A DNA stretch of 64,000 bases. It comes from Chrysomallon squamiferum. Its lineage: Eukaryota; Animalia; Mollusca. Position 1 is the first letter of the stretch. Each line of letters opens with the position of its first letter. Under the pieces are notes generated by a model, which saw only the letters and a program-made list of their open reading frames with translations, was not told the DNA's origin and made no database searches. Where the stretch lies: the NCBI GenBank assembly GCA_012295275.1, contig CM022673.1:22072001-22136000 (forward strand), in the 5' to 3' direction. Below are positions 26,311-38,800 of this stretch, piece after piece. The position numbers and the translations under genes were made by a program.

Positions 26311-29300
26311 TTATGTATATATGTATGTATATAACTTTATGTAGGTAGGTAGGTATGTCTATAACTTTATGTACGTACGTATTTATGTATGTATGTATGT
26401 ATGTATAGGTGTGTATGTGTTTATGTATGTGTGTATGTATGTATGTATAGGTGTGTATGTGTTTATGTATGTGTGTATGTATGTATGTTTGTTTGTTTGT
26501 TGTGTATATGTATGTACAATTTTGTTAACCTTGCGAATTTTAATATATTTGTTTTTGTTTTCTTATTGGTCTGTTTTTATTAATTAGTAAATTAGTTTGT
26601 TTTGTTTGTTCAGTAATATATTTCTGTTCAATTCGCCTCTTTGCACTGAGGCTACTGTGTCTTCTTCTTCATCATCGTTATCATCTCCAACTATGTCGTC
26701 GTACTTACAGAATTATCATCTAATGATTTAAGTAATGAAAGTCAGAAAATCTTAAAAGTTAAAAAGAAGGGTACGTACAACTCATGAACCAAACAAAAAA
26801 AAGACTTCAAGTTGCGTCTTTATCATCAAACTCCGGAAGGACATGCTTATGAAAGAGCAAAAGTCCTAGAAATATCAAATGAGAGCACACATTCATTAAG
26901 TTGATGGATTTCGCTAGTTAAGGTGTGTCTGTAAGTATGCCTACTTCACGTCTCATGGTAAATGTAACAACTGGAATATCGATCATCTTCAGAAAGAAAC
27001 AGGTGTACTTCACACACTTATGTCGTCTTGATTCTGAACACAAAGAAAAATACTGGTGAGTGAAGAAACCAAGTTTTAAAATAGTTTTGTTTATATTTAG
27101 AAAATAATTTAAATGAATTATATTTAAAATATAAGACATTTCAAACTGAAGCATCAGTATTAAGAGTCTACCAATAGATTTAAATGTCTCAAAGTGTATC
27201 AGCAAGTTTTCAGTGTCACAATAAGCTTGCCATCTCCCACTGTCTGTTAATAAGCTGTCAGTCTCACAGAAAATAGACAAATATGTTCGTGTACATTAAC
27301 ACGCTTGTGAAAGGTTTCTGCAGTTGTAGTAATTAAAGCTAGAGGCAGGCAAAGATTAATATATTCCAATTACATTAATTCAAATATTTTACAATTATAC
27401 TAACTCAAGCTGCAGGCAAAGTTGTAAATCATCTGTGAAAGTTTGGATAAACCAGATTCAGCTGCCATGTGGTTACAGTAGAAGAGTGCAAGAAAGATCA
27501 GCATTTAAGAACTTACTTTTACAAGAATCAGTAATACAGTAATATTAAAAATTAATGTATAAAATGAAATATCTGAATAAGTTAAAACCTTAATGAAAAT
27601 GAAAAACAAAAACAAAAACGAAGAGAAAAAGCGTGGATGATAACCAGTTCAAACAGCACCGACAACGATATCGTAATTGCATGCAATTTATTTTTAATCA
27701 AGTTTTAAAAATGACCAAAATATTCTGGGAACAAGTGTATGACGAGCGGCAGATTTTAACAAAACGATATCTAACACCTAGTAGATGTAAAACGAACAAA
27801 AAGGAACCTGTAATATCTGCCTGCTGTACGCAACAACATCATTACGTAGTCAAGTCACGAAAGTAAATGCGAAATCCGATTTATCGAAAACTAAATGCAA
27901 TGAAAACTGGTAACAGAGCTGAAATTAAATAATGATATTTACTACACTAACGAATCGCCCACGTTGTCCATTTTTTTTTTTTTTTTAACTCATCTGTAAA
28001 AACAGTTTCTTTTCTGTGTAAGATGTGAATGGCAGTGAGGCAATGCTGTGACGATATGTATATCATGTAACATCTGATAATTAATTATTTTCTGGGTTTC
28101 TTCTCTCGCCGTTGTTATAACAAAGATCTACCTCCCACACAACTGTGAAGAAAAACTAACAACTCACCTCAGACTATGTCTGGCTCTGCGGCAGCTAATA
28201 AATGCTATATATTACGTCATTATCTTCATCATCAAAATCTCCTGTATCTATTACTTTTAGGTTTTGGACTAAAATCATGAAGGTAACCTAACTTTTAAGT
28301 TCTTGAGTGGAAATCAGGAACGTATACTTTATCTAATGGTATTACTTTTTTGGAATGAATACATACTGTATCTAATATTTGTAGATATTTGAACTGAATT
28401 CGTTAAGGTATCCAACATTTACAAACTGTAGATATTTTAACTGAAATTATGAACGTTTGATGTTCTTAGAGAATCTTGATAAATTAGTTATCTATATAAT
28501 AATAATAATATTAATTTTGTGTGTGCTGTTTAACAGATTTTTAAAATTATTATATTTACAATAATTTAAAATATAATCCGATTTTAAGCTTTTCGTTTAT
28601 TACAGTCAGACTAAGGTCACAGCATAGTTTTCAATATTATGGCTGATTGATAAATATATTTAATGTCATCGAATGTATAAATGTTTGTGTGTGTTTGTAT
28701 GAATGTGTAAGTGTGTAAATAAATGTTTATGTTTATTGGCTTCAGGCTATTGAATTTACAGACAGAAACGTTACTCTCACATGCACAGACATATCTATAT
28801 GTACATTTGTGTCATATTCTTGTTCTAGCTAAATTATAAAACCGTTCTAGCAAAAGCAGGTAATTTTCTCATACTAACGACATACAGAACTAATTACTCA
28901 TAGATTGGGCCTGCTAGATCGTATAGAAGATCCAAAGTCAGAATTACTTTCTAGGGAGATTAATTATAGGTTAATTAGAAAGTAGGTGAGTAACACTGGA
29001 TGTTAGGCTGTTCGGTTTTCCCATTAGAATCATGATCGCACTGGAAAGCGAGTTTTGCGGTGTAAGTGTCCAAGGTGGTGCTGGTACATAACCATTACAC
29101 AAATAAATTTGTTCACAAAGTGACGAAGGAAAATTTATCAAATGTTTGCACTGTTTTGTAAAGTGATACATTAGTAGATAATATCCGAAATTCTCATTTA
29201 AGAACAGAGTTAATTAATTTTTATACTAAAGTAAACGGTGATGTTGGGAAATAAAATATCGATATTTTATTGTCAGCCTAAGCACTGCTCCTTTCTTGAA

Positions 29301-31339
29301 GAGCAATGTAAATATGTACATTATTATAATTTTATTTGTTTATCGATGAATATAGATTTTTATGAAATTATATTTCTGCTTGTGACACTGATATAATCAA
29401 AATCTGTAGTACGTGCTGTCTTGTCAGGTATTAAATGTATGTGAAATGTTTCTCTGTTGCTGATACGTCACGTGGAACGCATTTTAGATCTGTGACATCA
29501 AGTAATGGCGGGTTTGAAACTGTATAAATAGCAGAGGCATCATGACTGTGTGCGTGTGTGTGCACGTGTGTGTGTATGTATGTATGTACCTATCATTTCT
29601 TTTTCTGTTTAACTCCAAATAATGATGCTTCGCGTAATAACTCTTTATTAATATATAATATCAGACTATGTTCCAGACGGAAATACTATGAACGGACAGA
29701 AAAATAATTATATTTAAGAAGAAAGTTCTAACACATACAAAACCAATTTACTGTCGTCACCATGATCACCATCAAGATCATCACTTTATCCCTATTCATC
29801 AACATCAGTAACACAACAAAAAAACAACATTAAAAAACTAACAATATTTTTAAGATGACAGTAATGCAAATTTAGAAATATCTAATATTAAGTTTTTACG
29901 AAGAATATACTACAGAGCTATCAAATTTCTGTTAACGACATAGTTTCAAAGTACAGACAGGAGTTTGTTCTAGAGAAACTGTAAATAAATAAATTTAAAA
30001 ATATTATTCGTCTAGGTTGAAGTATCAGTTTACTATGTCACATTGTACTTACAGTCTGAAAAATAAAAATCTGTGTAGAAACAGGCAACATGTTTGTGAA
30101 TATAAACAAGAGAAGTACGATTCTCTTCTCTGTAAATACCTTTATTTCTAACAATTTTTAATTCCACATCTAAAAAATGTTCTCGTCAAAATCGAAACAA
30201 ATATTTTTTCTAACTCGTTCATTTTGTTTTTCCCTTTTTTCAGATAATGATTTAACTGTATTTTCCTTTTCATTTAAGATACGTTTTTTTTAATTTTCTC
30301 TTGTTATACAAGTGGAGACAGTTAGAATTATTCAACCAAGTTTCTTTAAGAGATGTTGCTTGAAGCAGTTTTGTAAAAAAAAAAATTCTAAAATGTTCAT
30401 TAATTCCCAGATTATTCCATCTTGAAAGGAAGGTTTTTATTTAAGAAGAAAAAATCTGTAAAATGGAAGAAAATATTATTTTGTTTAAATAATCGAAAGT
30501 TAATGTCATGATTTCTGAAAATTAATCTCAAGAGTTTTCCATGTAAAATTTTTTTACTCCAAAGTTACAATTTAAGTACAGTTTTTAATTTAATATTTTA
30601 TTATTATTTCTAAATGAATTTTTTTCTTTTCTTTATTTCGTTTATTCTTTGTATTAGTAAATAGATGAATGTCACTCGGTTGTTGAAGAAAAAAGTAGAA
30701 AAGAAGACCTTGAAAATGGATAATGACATATTAATTAATATAAATGGGTGAGAAAATGGTCGATTGCGAAATAACTTAAATGAAGATTATAGTTTTAATT
30801 ATAAATAACCTTGTTGAAATATCGCAGACAACGAAACTGGTTTAACGAATAGATCATTATTTCTCTTAACAGCAATGTTAGACTACGTTTTGGTGAAATA
30901 CGTTTTGGTTTGAACGTCCACAGTAAAATACTCTTCAGCTTTCCGGATACTTAACTTGGACAATTAAAGTGGTTGGATAATGGTATGGTATCAAAAAAAA
31001 AAAAATAATAATAATAATAATAATAAAATACAATTGAAAAAAGAAAAGGTAAAGAAAATATTAATGCAGGAAATGTTTTATTCAGAGGGAATAATCAAGT
31101 AAACCTCGACCACAATGACATTACTATTAAACATAATCTCAAATACATTAATTAATTTCATATACTTAATAATTTAGTATCTACCGCGTGGATATCTAAC
31201 TGGTTTATGGTTAATGCGCTGGTTAACGAGCGTGTGTGTATGTTTAACAGTTTAGAAAAGAGGATATATTAATAACCGTTTTTAAATATGAAAGTATTAA
31301 GAAATAACATTCGACTGCGTTTCTGAAAATATGTAATAC

Positions 31340-31409
<70 letters not shown>

Positions 31410-32880
31410 TAAATAATTAAAATGTAATAAAATTTAAAATACATACACACATAGACTAAGTTTTGCAGCCAGTGTTGAAAGCCGACTGATCAGTTTTCAT
31501 TTCAAGTAATCTTTTAATCCCTTAATCCTGGTTATCATTACAGGTATACTCATAATGATGACACTGGTTACCTTGAATATTTTGTCTTTCCGACTAACTG
31601 ATTGTTTGTAAACTGTGTAAAACACCGGAGTAATTTTATTTACAGCCTCCTGTCATTTATCTCTGTATTTCATGTTGGAATCAATAATCAAATAATTTCA
31701 GCACAAAAACTGGCATGTCCAATTTCATTAGCATGTTCATAAAGTGGTATCGTGTAAACGAGAAAAGCTTTTAATTAAATATAAAACGTCTGCTTTGAAG
31801 TTTGGTGTGTTGATTTGTTCACTTAACGGCAGATGGAAAATAGACAACTGTGCATGTGCATTATCAGATCGCATAGGGTACAAACAACATACGTGCATAT
31901 CCACATTATCAGTACGAATATATATGTAATGTATGTTTTATTTATTCATGTGTGTGATTTACTGGCTGGACATTCTGGTAAAGAAATAATCTGACGTAGT
32001 CGTGCATATCATACGAAGTGTGACACACGCATGGGAAATAAAACACTTTCCAAATTTGTACATCACACACGTATCCGCTACAATATTGATTTAAGGTACA
32101 CAAATTAGCCTATCAGGGAACTGTCCAAGTCATGGAAACAGCGGCCTTTGTCAGCCTTTAAATACTTTGTGAATCACTGGAAAAATCAGTGTAAATAACA
32201 GCAGCAACAACAGCGTCTACAGAGAAGTAAATAGGCCATAACATGTTAAAACAGATATCTGAGTTTCTAACATCATCACCATCATTACCAATTAAAACAG
32301 CAATGATAATGACGATGATGATGACAAATATGATATAACATGAAGAAGAACCTCTGAACTAAAATGTTTAGGAACGACAGTCTAAACTAAGTTTTAGTAG
32401 TATATTTTTATAATCTTAGTTTCTTCTAACGCTAAAATGAGCAATAATTTAAAAAGCTTTAATCTAACATTTATAAAACGTACTTCAGTTTCCACATTTT
32501 CTTAACAATACGTACTTTGTAAACACAATTACTTGAAGATTTTTTTTTTCTGTTTATCATTATCCATTTGATTTTACATTCTTTTTTATTTCTATTTATT
32601 ATTATTATTATTATTGTTGTTGTTGTTGTTTTTGTTTTTGTTGTTGTGTTATTACAAGTTTTGTGAAAACAAACTGTGATATTTTCATCCCTCTGACTGC
32701 TCTTCCAGTAAGAACCGTAGCTGAAGCTAGATTTAGATTAGATTAAATCACAGTTGGTCTAGGATTAAGACAAGGAAGAGAATTTGATTAGATGAAGTGT
32801 GTTTTTAAGTCCATGTTGAAGAAATTTCTGATTACGTTCCAGAGTTATACGAACTAAAACAGTGAGTATTATGTTTTCAG

Positions 32881-32976
32881 AGAGAAGCTCTTCAGAATGT
32901 CCCCAAGGTTGGCGAGAGGTTCACGGTTATTATGTAGACTCAGGCCATCCGATAGTGGAAGTTCTTTGTATAAAAG
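32881..32976 (+). CDS. Prohormone-like precursor, internal exon: RSSSECPQGWREVHGYYVDSGHPIVEVLCIK
   Basis: gttttcag acceptor; AAG|GTAAAG donor; 96 nt, symmetric phase 1; GC-richer island; one Cys pair. Confidence 0.65.
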
Positions 32977-33330
32977 GTAAAGTTTAACATTCAGTGTATA
33001 AGTTACAGATAGGTAGTGCTGGGGATTGAAACTAAGAAGAACAAATTCAGAACATTACTTTTTAACTAATCCTCCAGTTAACACTATCTTACACCCTAGA
33101 TTATGTTCTAAACAGACGTACTTTAACGTTTAGATGACGAAAAGAAACATTTTAAATCTGAACATATAAAATTATTCGCAAGATTTTGATCTGATTAGCA
33201 CGTTTAAATTTTACAAGATACTGTAGTCAACTGTAAATTATAAACATGGATTAATATGCAAACATAAAAGATATTAAAATCAGTGCATACAATTTATTTT
33301 CTCGTATTATCAAATACTAAACTAAAAGTA

Positions 33331-33364
<34 letters not shown>

Positions 33365-34904
33365 ATAAACAAAAATAACATGCATCAGCTCAAACTATGC
33401 ACATTTCCTCCAATGTCTCTTTAGCCAAGACGTGAACACTGTTCACGACGTTTGTCAATGGACAGCAACATTAAAATTCAAAACAAAAAGAAAAAAAGAA
33501 ATGAAAAGAAAACTAAATAAAACTATAAAAAATATAAATAAATAAAGCCTGCAAAGACAGAAGCATTTAGTTACAATCAAAGAGAATGAGTTTAAACAGA
33601 AAAATTATGCACTCATTTCGTATTAGTGTCTAGGTAAGTCAGCTCATTCGTTATTTTCTGTGAAGAAACTGGGGGATAACGGAAATAAAGTGAGAAAAAT
33701 CCAGTTAGAAGCTACTTAGCAGTATATTAAAGATAAAATGCAGCTGAGAATTACGCCTATCGCGATAAAACATATTGAAGGTTTCATCAGGATTTTTTTT
33801 TTTTTTTTTTTAACTGCATGGAATTATAAGTCATTATGAATTTCACGTAATTATTGGTTTTTCCTTTTAAACAACATTAACTATTTTATTTTCACAATCT
33901 ATTCCTGGAATATTTTAAACTTTCTTTTTAGCAAGATAACATCTTCTGAGAGTATTTAGAATTCAGTATTTATCTAGTACTTATTTCGATTCGGTTTCAA
34001 GTATATGTATCCAGCTATTTACCTCGAGTAAAACAAGCGAAACGAACCGGGTCTGTGGATTCCTTTAGAATAAAGAAACATAATATACTTCATGTTCTAT
34101 GATTATTATTATTATCATTTTAAATAACGGTGGAAAAATAAGAGCAACTGAAAGATAAAATCAGCAGCTGATAGTTCCCACTGACGTACTGTTTATAGAA
34201 TTATTGACAGTTTCAACACTGATTCTCGTAGATTCGCCAAAGAGAAACTTTTGACGATGATACGTAGGCTTTAATTCGCAACGTTAGAAGATACCGGAAC
34301 ACAAAAAGCATAAAAAGATAAAATACTATGACTTTTTCACACTGTACGAGGCAGTAGTAAAGTAAAAACAAAGACACTGACAGCTCGGAGTCACGGTTTG
34401 ATGCATAATCCGCCGACGTTTTTTGACGGCAAGTAATTGCTGGCGAAACGATTGAAGCAATCGAAACTGTTTGGCTTCCGGCATATGGATATGAACTCCC
34501 TTGTTCCATTGTGTACCCAGCAAAATATATTACGTGTCCTGCAGGAGAAATAAATTGCCCTAGTTAATCCCTTTTTTCTCAAGTCTGTGCTACAATGCCC
34601 TAAACATGATTTGTTCTGAGATTACAAGTTCATTTAATAAACCAAATCAAACTAATTTCCGTACTAGTGACCTTTTCGGCAATATCGCATTTTCTTTTAT
34701 TTTCCATCTCTTATTTCTTTCTTTCTTCAAATGTTTTTGTATTTTCTTTCGTTTGTTCCAAAATAAGTATTCGATGTAATTAATTTGGTCTAAATATCTT
34801 AACATTGCTTCAAATTGGTACAGTTAATTATTTACTGATTATAAACATGTTTGTAAATAAGCTGTACAGTAAAAGATTATTTTTTTTATTTTCTCTTCAA
34901 ACAG

Positions 34905-34934
34905 GGCCAGAGAATCCAGCCAAAACAAAACGAG
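34905..34934 (+). CDS. Prohormone-like precursor, 30-nt micro-exon: GPENPAKTKR
   Basis: Long pyrimidine tract plus aaacag acceptor; GAG|GTATGT donor; symmetric phase 1; ends in a KxKR convertase site. Confidence 0.75.
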
Positions 34935-35785
34935 GTATGTATTAGTTAACAGCAAACAATATATTAAATATTACACTGATATAATTTATTAGAAGATCTG
35001 TATGCAAGACACCACTAACTCACATTTTAAAGCTTTTGGAAAAACGTTCTACTCTAAACATCTCATTGAAATAAAGTCATTGCATTACATTATAATGAAA
35101 AATATAAAATTATATATATAAATTATTGCAAAAAAAATGAAACAAAGAATGAGAAAAAATAATAATAATAATTTAATAAAATAAACTAATAAAATAAAAA
35201 TTATTAAAAAACTATATATGCTACAAGTATACTTTACATAGCTATCAACCAAATTACGTTTGTTTCGGCTTGAGAGGAAGTACAAAGTTCGAGTGTTAAG
35301 AGTACTGGTTGATGATCTGTTGAACAAAATTCGTTCTCAGCTTGAATAATCAATAACTCAATTCGTATCTGAGACTGCGTGTTAATGTTGATTTGAGTTA
35401 ATTTAAAAACTAAACTTTTGTGAATCTGATTAGAAAGCAATTAGAAATCAGATGAGAAAAACTGACCAATTAGATGAATGAGGGAATCATTTTATATGAA
35501 AATTCCTAACGATGCTTAAACTCAGTTAAAATATGTCTATCACACAACCAAATCACAATTCATTAAATCTTTCCAGACTCGTAAATTATAATATTTTGTA
35601 AGTTTTAGAATTTCACTGATTTTAAACGTGGTAGGTTAAGGGAACGCTCAGCTGAGATATGAATAATATATAATGATCGTTTAACTTACTTTTTATAAAT
35701 CCGCGTCCTAATTATTATTATTTATGCAATTTTATTGTTTCTCTGTAATACACATTAATTTTTTCCTTTTCTTTTTTAATTCCAG

Positions 35786-35817
35786 TTTTCGGCAATTCTG
35801 GGTGGGGCAGAAAATAG
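35786..35817 (+). CDS. Prohormone-like precursor, last exon: VFGNSGWGRK* (predicted VFGNSGW-amide)
   Basis: Strong pyrimidine tract plus ttccag acceptor, phase 1; G-RK-stop amidation signal; AATAAA at 35862-35867. Confidence 0.75.
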
Positions 35818-38800
35818 TCGCCAACGTTTTCGCCATTTGGACTTCTGCAAATCTCAGAAAAAATAAAGTTTAACAAACTTATACATTTTTCACTTTTTTG
35901 TTTTTATTTATTTATTTAGTATTTTGTGTGTTTTTCTACAACTGTTACACTTTTGCTGTAATTCAGCTGAACAGGAAAGACGAATGCCAAATATGGAAAA
36001 ATCTTTCAAACTATCGCAAAGGATTAAAGGTTGAAATTAAAGTTCAAAGTTGCGGGTCTCTTGTCGGGATCGGATATTGTAGTGTACCAGTTAGTTTTAT
36101 TTCCCAGTACTCCTTGTGTATACTTGGACTGTTCGTATCCTAGCGATGAGTTCAGTATCACAGATGTATGCCTGACCGAACAGTATGTTTAATGTTTTGT
36201 TCTACAGTATCTATACTAGTTTTTAATTAGCAAGAGCAAATTACAGAATGCGCCTCACTTCAGTAGGCTGATGTTTTTATTTCTTTATATATAGTTGATT
36301 AATAAATATTTTTACAGATGAAGGTTTTAACGTTAAGTGAAATACACAGGTTAAAGATTATACAAGAACTCACACTTGCAAATTTAAAATAAGTAAATAA
36401 AAGAAATAAGTCAACCTTAATTTTCTTCACCATGCCCATTTCAGTGTCAAGATATCTATCTCTGACATACACACACACGAACGTATACACATACAATTCC
36501 CCCCCTCACTCATTCACACATGCATCTATATATAATACACACATATACACACAGATATTTCTATATATCCATACGTTGATAAAGTACCAGCTGTCAATTA
36601 ATTCAAATACTTTTCACGTTCGAAAATCTAAAATTTACAATACTTTATCTTATATCAGATTCATTCGTTGGTTAAACAAATGATAATTATAAAAAAATAA
36701 AAGTCAGGAGTAAATGAATCAAACAACGATATTAAACTAAATTTATTTTTACGGTCTACTGGTTTTAATTCGGCGCCTTTCGGATAAGCTTTACCAGACA
36801 CCGCTTAAAATAACTGCACACGAATCTCTCTTGTAGTTTAATTTTTGTAGCGAAGAGAGAGAAAAGTCAACGATTTCTTTTTTGTTATCCTTTTACTCCA
36901 GAGAACCCTTCATTCCCTAGAAAAACTGATTAACTTGAACAAAACAATGTGACTAAAAGCTATTTGCTTTGCTACAGTTATTTCGCGGTTAATGAGTGGA
37001 CATGCTGAAATTAAAGTTTTTCACTAGATATTCGTTATTAACGTCAAACAGTAACGTTAATCTGGAAAGTTCAGCATTAACATGATCTCACTGTAGTATT
37101 AGGAATTCTGCACTAGCATCCTAAGGGAGGATTTCTTCACAAAAAAGACTCGGAAACAAATTAGAAACTCAAAACACGTAGAAATCAAGAACATTTGTCA
37201 CTGAGAGATTCCTTAGAGATCACGATTATTTTTAATTCTTTCCATTTAATTTTTTTCTTATTTTCTTGTATACTTTCTTTTTTGTTTTCAGTCACACACA
37301 CACATGCAGTGTTGCTCGTGCTTCTTATGTCTCTTTATTTTTGCCAGTGATATCATTTGATGAAGACACATGACTGAATTCATTTTCAATCATTATCATC
37401 AAATCTCATGTTACACACAGAAAGGCTATTTAAATATTTACATGCAGAAAGGCTTGAAATCTTGTTCGTATAATCCAAAATTGGGATTATTGATTTTCGG
37501 ATAACACTTGTTTGACTGTATTGCCAGTGTTATTGTTGTTGTTATTATTTGTTATGTTGTTGTTGTTGTTGCTGCCATTATGGATGTGTATACGTTTATG
37601 TGTGGAGATTTATATATATATATATAATTATTTTTGTTATAAATATTTATACGTATACGTGTGGGTGTATACATATGTTTATAAGAAAAATAATTAAAAC
37701 AACACAAAACAAATCGAACTATTGCTTCTTGGCTTACAGCTATTTTAACTTCCACTGTTTTCATGATGTTTGAAAAAAGTGAATTGATTATTTCATCGAT
37801 GTTTTAAATTTTTATTAAAGGTTATATCGTTTCTTAGATTTATATATAAAAAAGAAATATGCTAAAAGCGTCATTTTCTTTGGATTATGAAAAAGAAATG
37901 GATTGCATAAAAATATTTTAAAAAGAAACAAAATCTCTATATGAGAAGTAGAAATTGTAATAAAAAGTGCAATGAGAAATAAAAAATCTGAATAGAAAAA
38001 TTAAACAGTATTTTTTGTCTGCTGTGAGAAGGTTTCATTTGAAAACAGTAATTGTATTTATAATAATAACAGTATAACTAAAACAACAACAATAATAATA
38101 ATAATAATTAATGAAAATTAATGAAAATTAATAATACAATAATTTTATTATTAATTTTCATTAATTATTATTATTACTATTGTTGTTGCTGTTATATTGT
38201 TATTATTATAATTATTGCTATTATTTTGTTATTGCTATTGTTTGTTTATTTACTTACGTTGTTAGTAGTGAATTTCAAGTTCATACTCAGTTAAAATATT
38301 ATTTTAAAAATTGTCGAAAGTACACATACAAAAACACAAATTAACAAATAAGAAAGAAAAAAATGAATATAAGTTAGTTCATGCTGACTTTATTCCACAG
38401 TTTTCATCTAGATTAATAATTAAAATATAATTATTGCTAATTAGTGCGGGAAAGTGTCTATAAATTGGGTACAATTGAGGGGAAATAACTCTGCCGCACT
38501 TTCTTTTTACTGAGCATTACACAGGTATGTAGGGAATAAATAGTTACTGTTCTAAAATATCAGATTTAGACTGTGAAGGTTCGACTGATAAATGTGATGC
38601 ACTAACGAATTATTTTTTTTTCTTCTTTTATTTATTAGCTCACGGCTCTCCACACTAGCATACTGATGTACAAAATAATTTATTTGTTATTTTCAAAACG
38701 ACCTCTTAAGAACTGAACACTGAAAAGGTAATTTTGAACAACATCAACTAAACAATCACAAACCCACACCCACAATTAATGATACAAGAAATACCACAAC

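Noticed and set aside
20557-26587. Numerous ORFs such as LSLSLS, ERERER, CVCVCV and MYVCMY (also near 42.3, 45.7, 46.0, 48.6, 54.6 and 61.5 kb)
   Set aside because: Translations of microsatellites, not genes.
26640-27550. Coding-like composition with a faint Helitron-like fragment (FVYINT)
   Set aside because: Many stops and frameshifts and no diagnostic motif; needs a translated repeat search.
31929-31977. Possible own first exon for the prohormone (MYVLFIHVCDLLAGHS, G|GTAAAG, phase 1)
   Set aside because: In frame with 32881 but a poor signal peptide (His and Asp in the core); kept only as an alternative. ATGAAG|GT at 28277 lacks a matching hydrophobic next exon.
38061-38210. Imperfect AT-rich fold-back
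   Set aside because: Built mostly from (AAT)n and (AAC)n simple repeats; low information.
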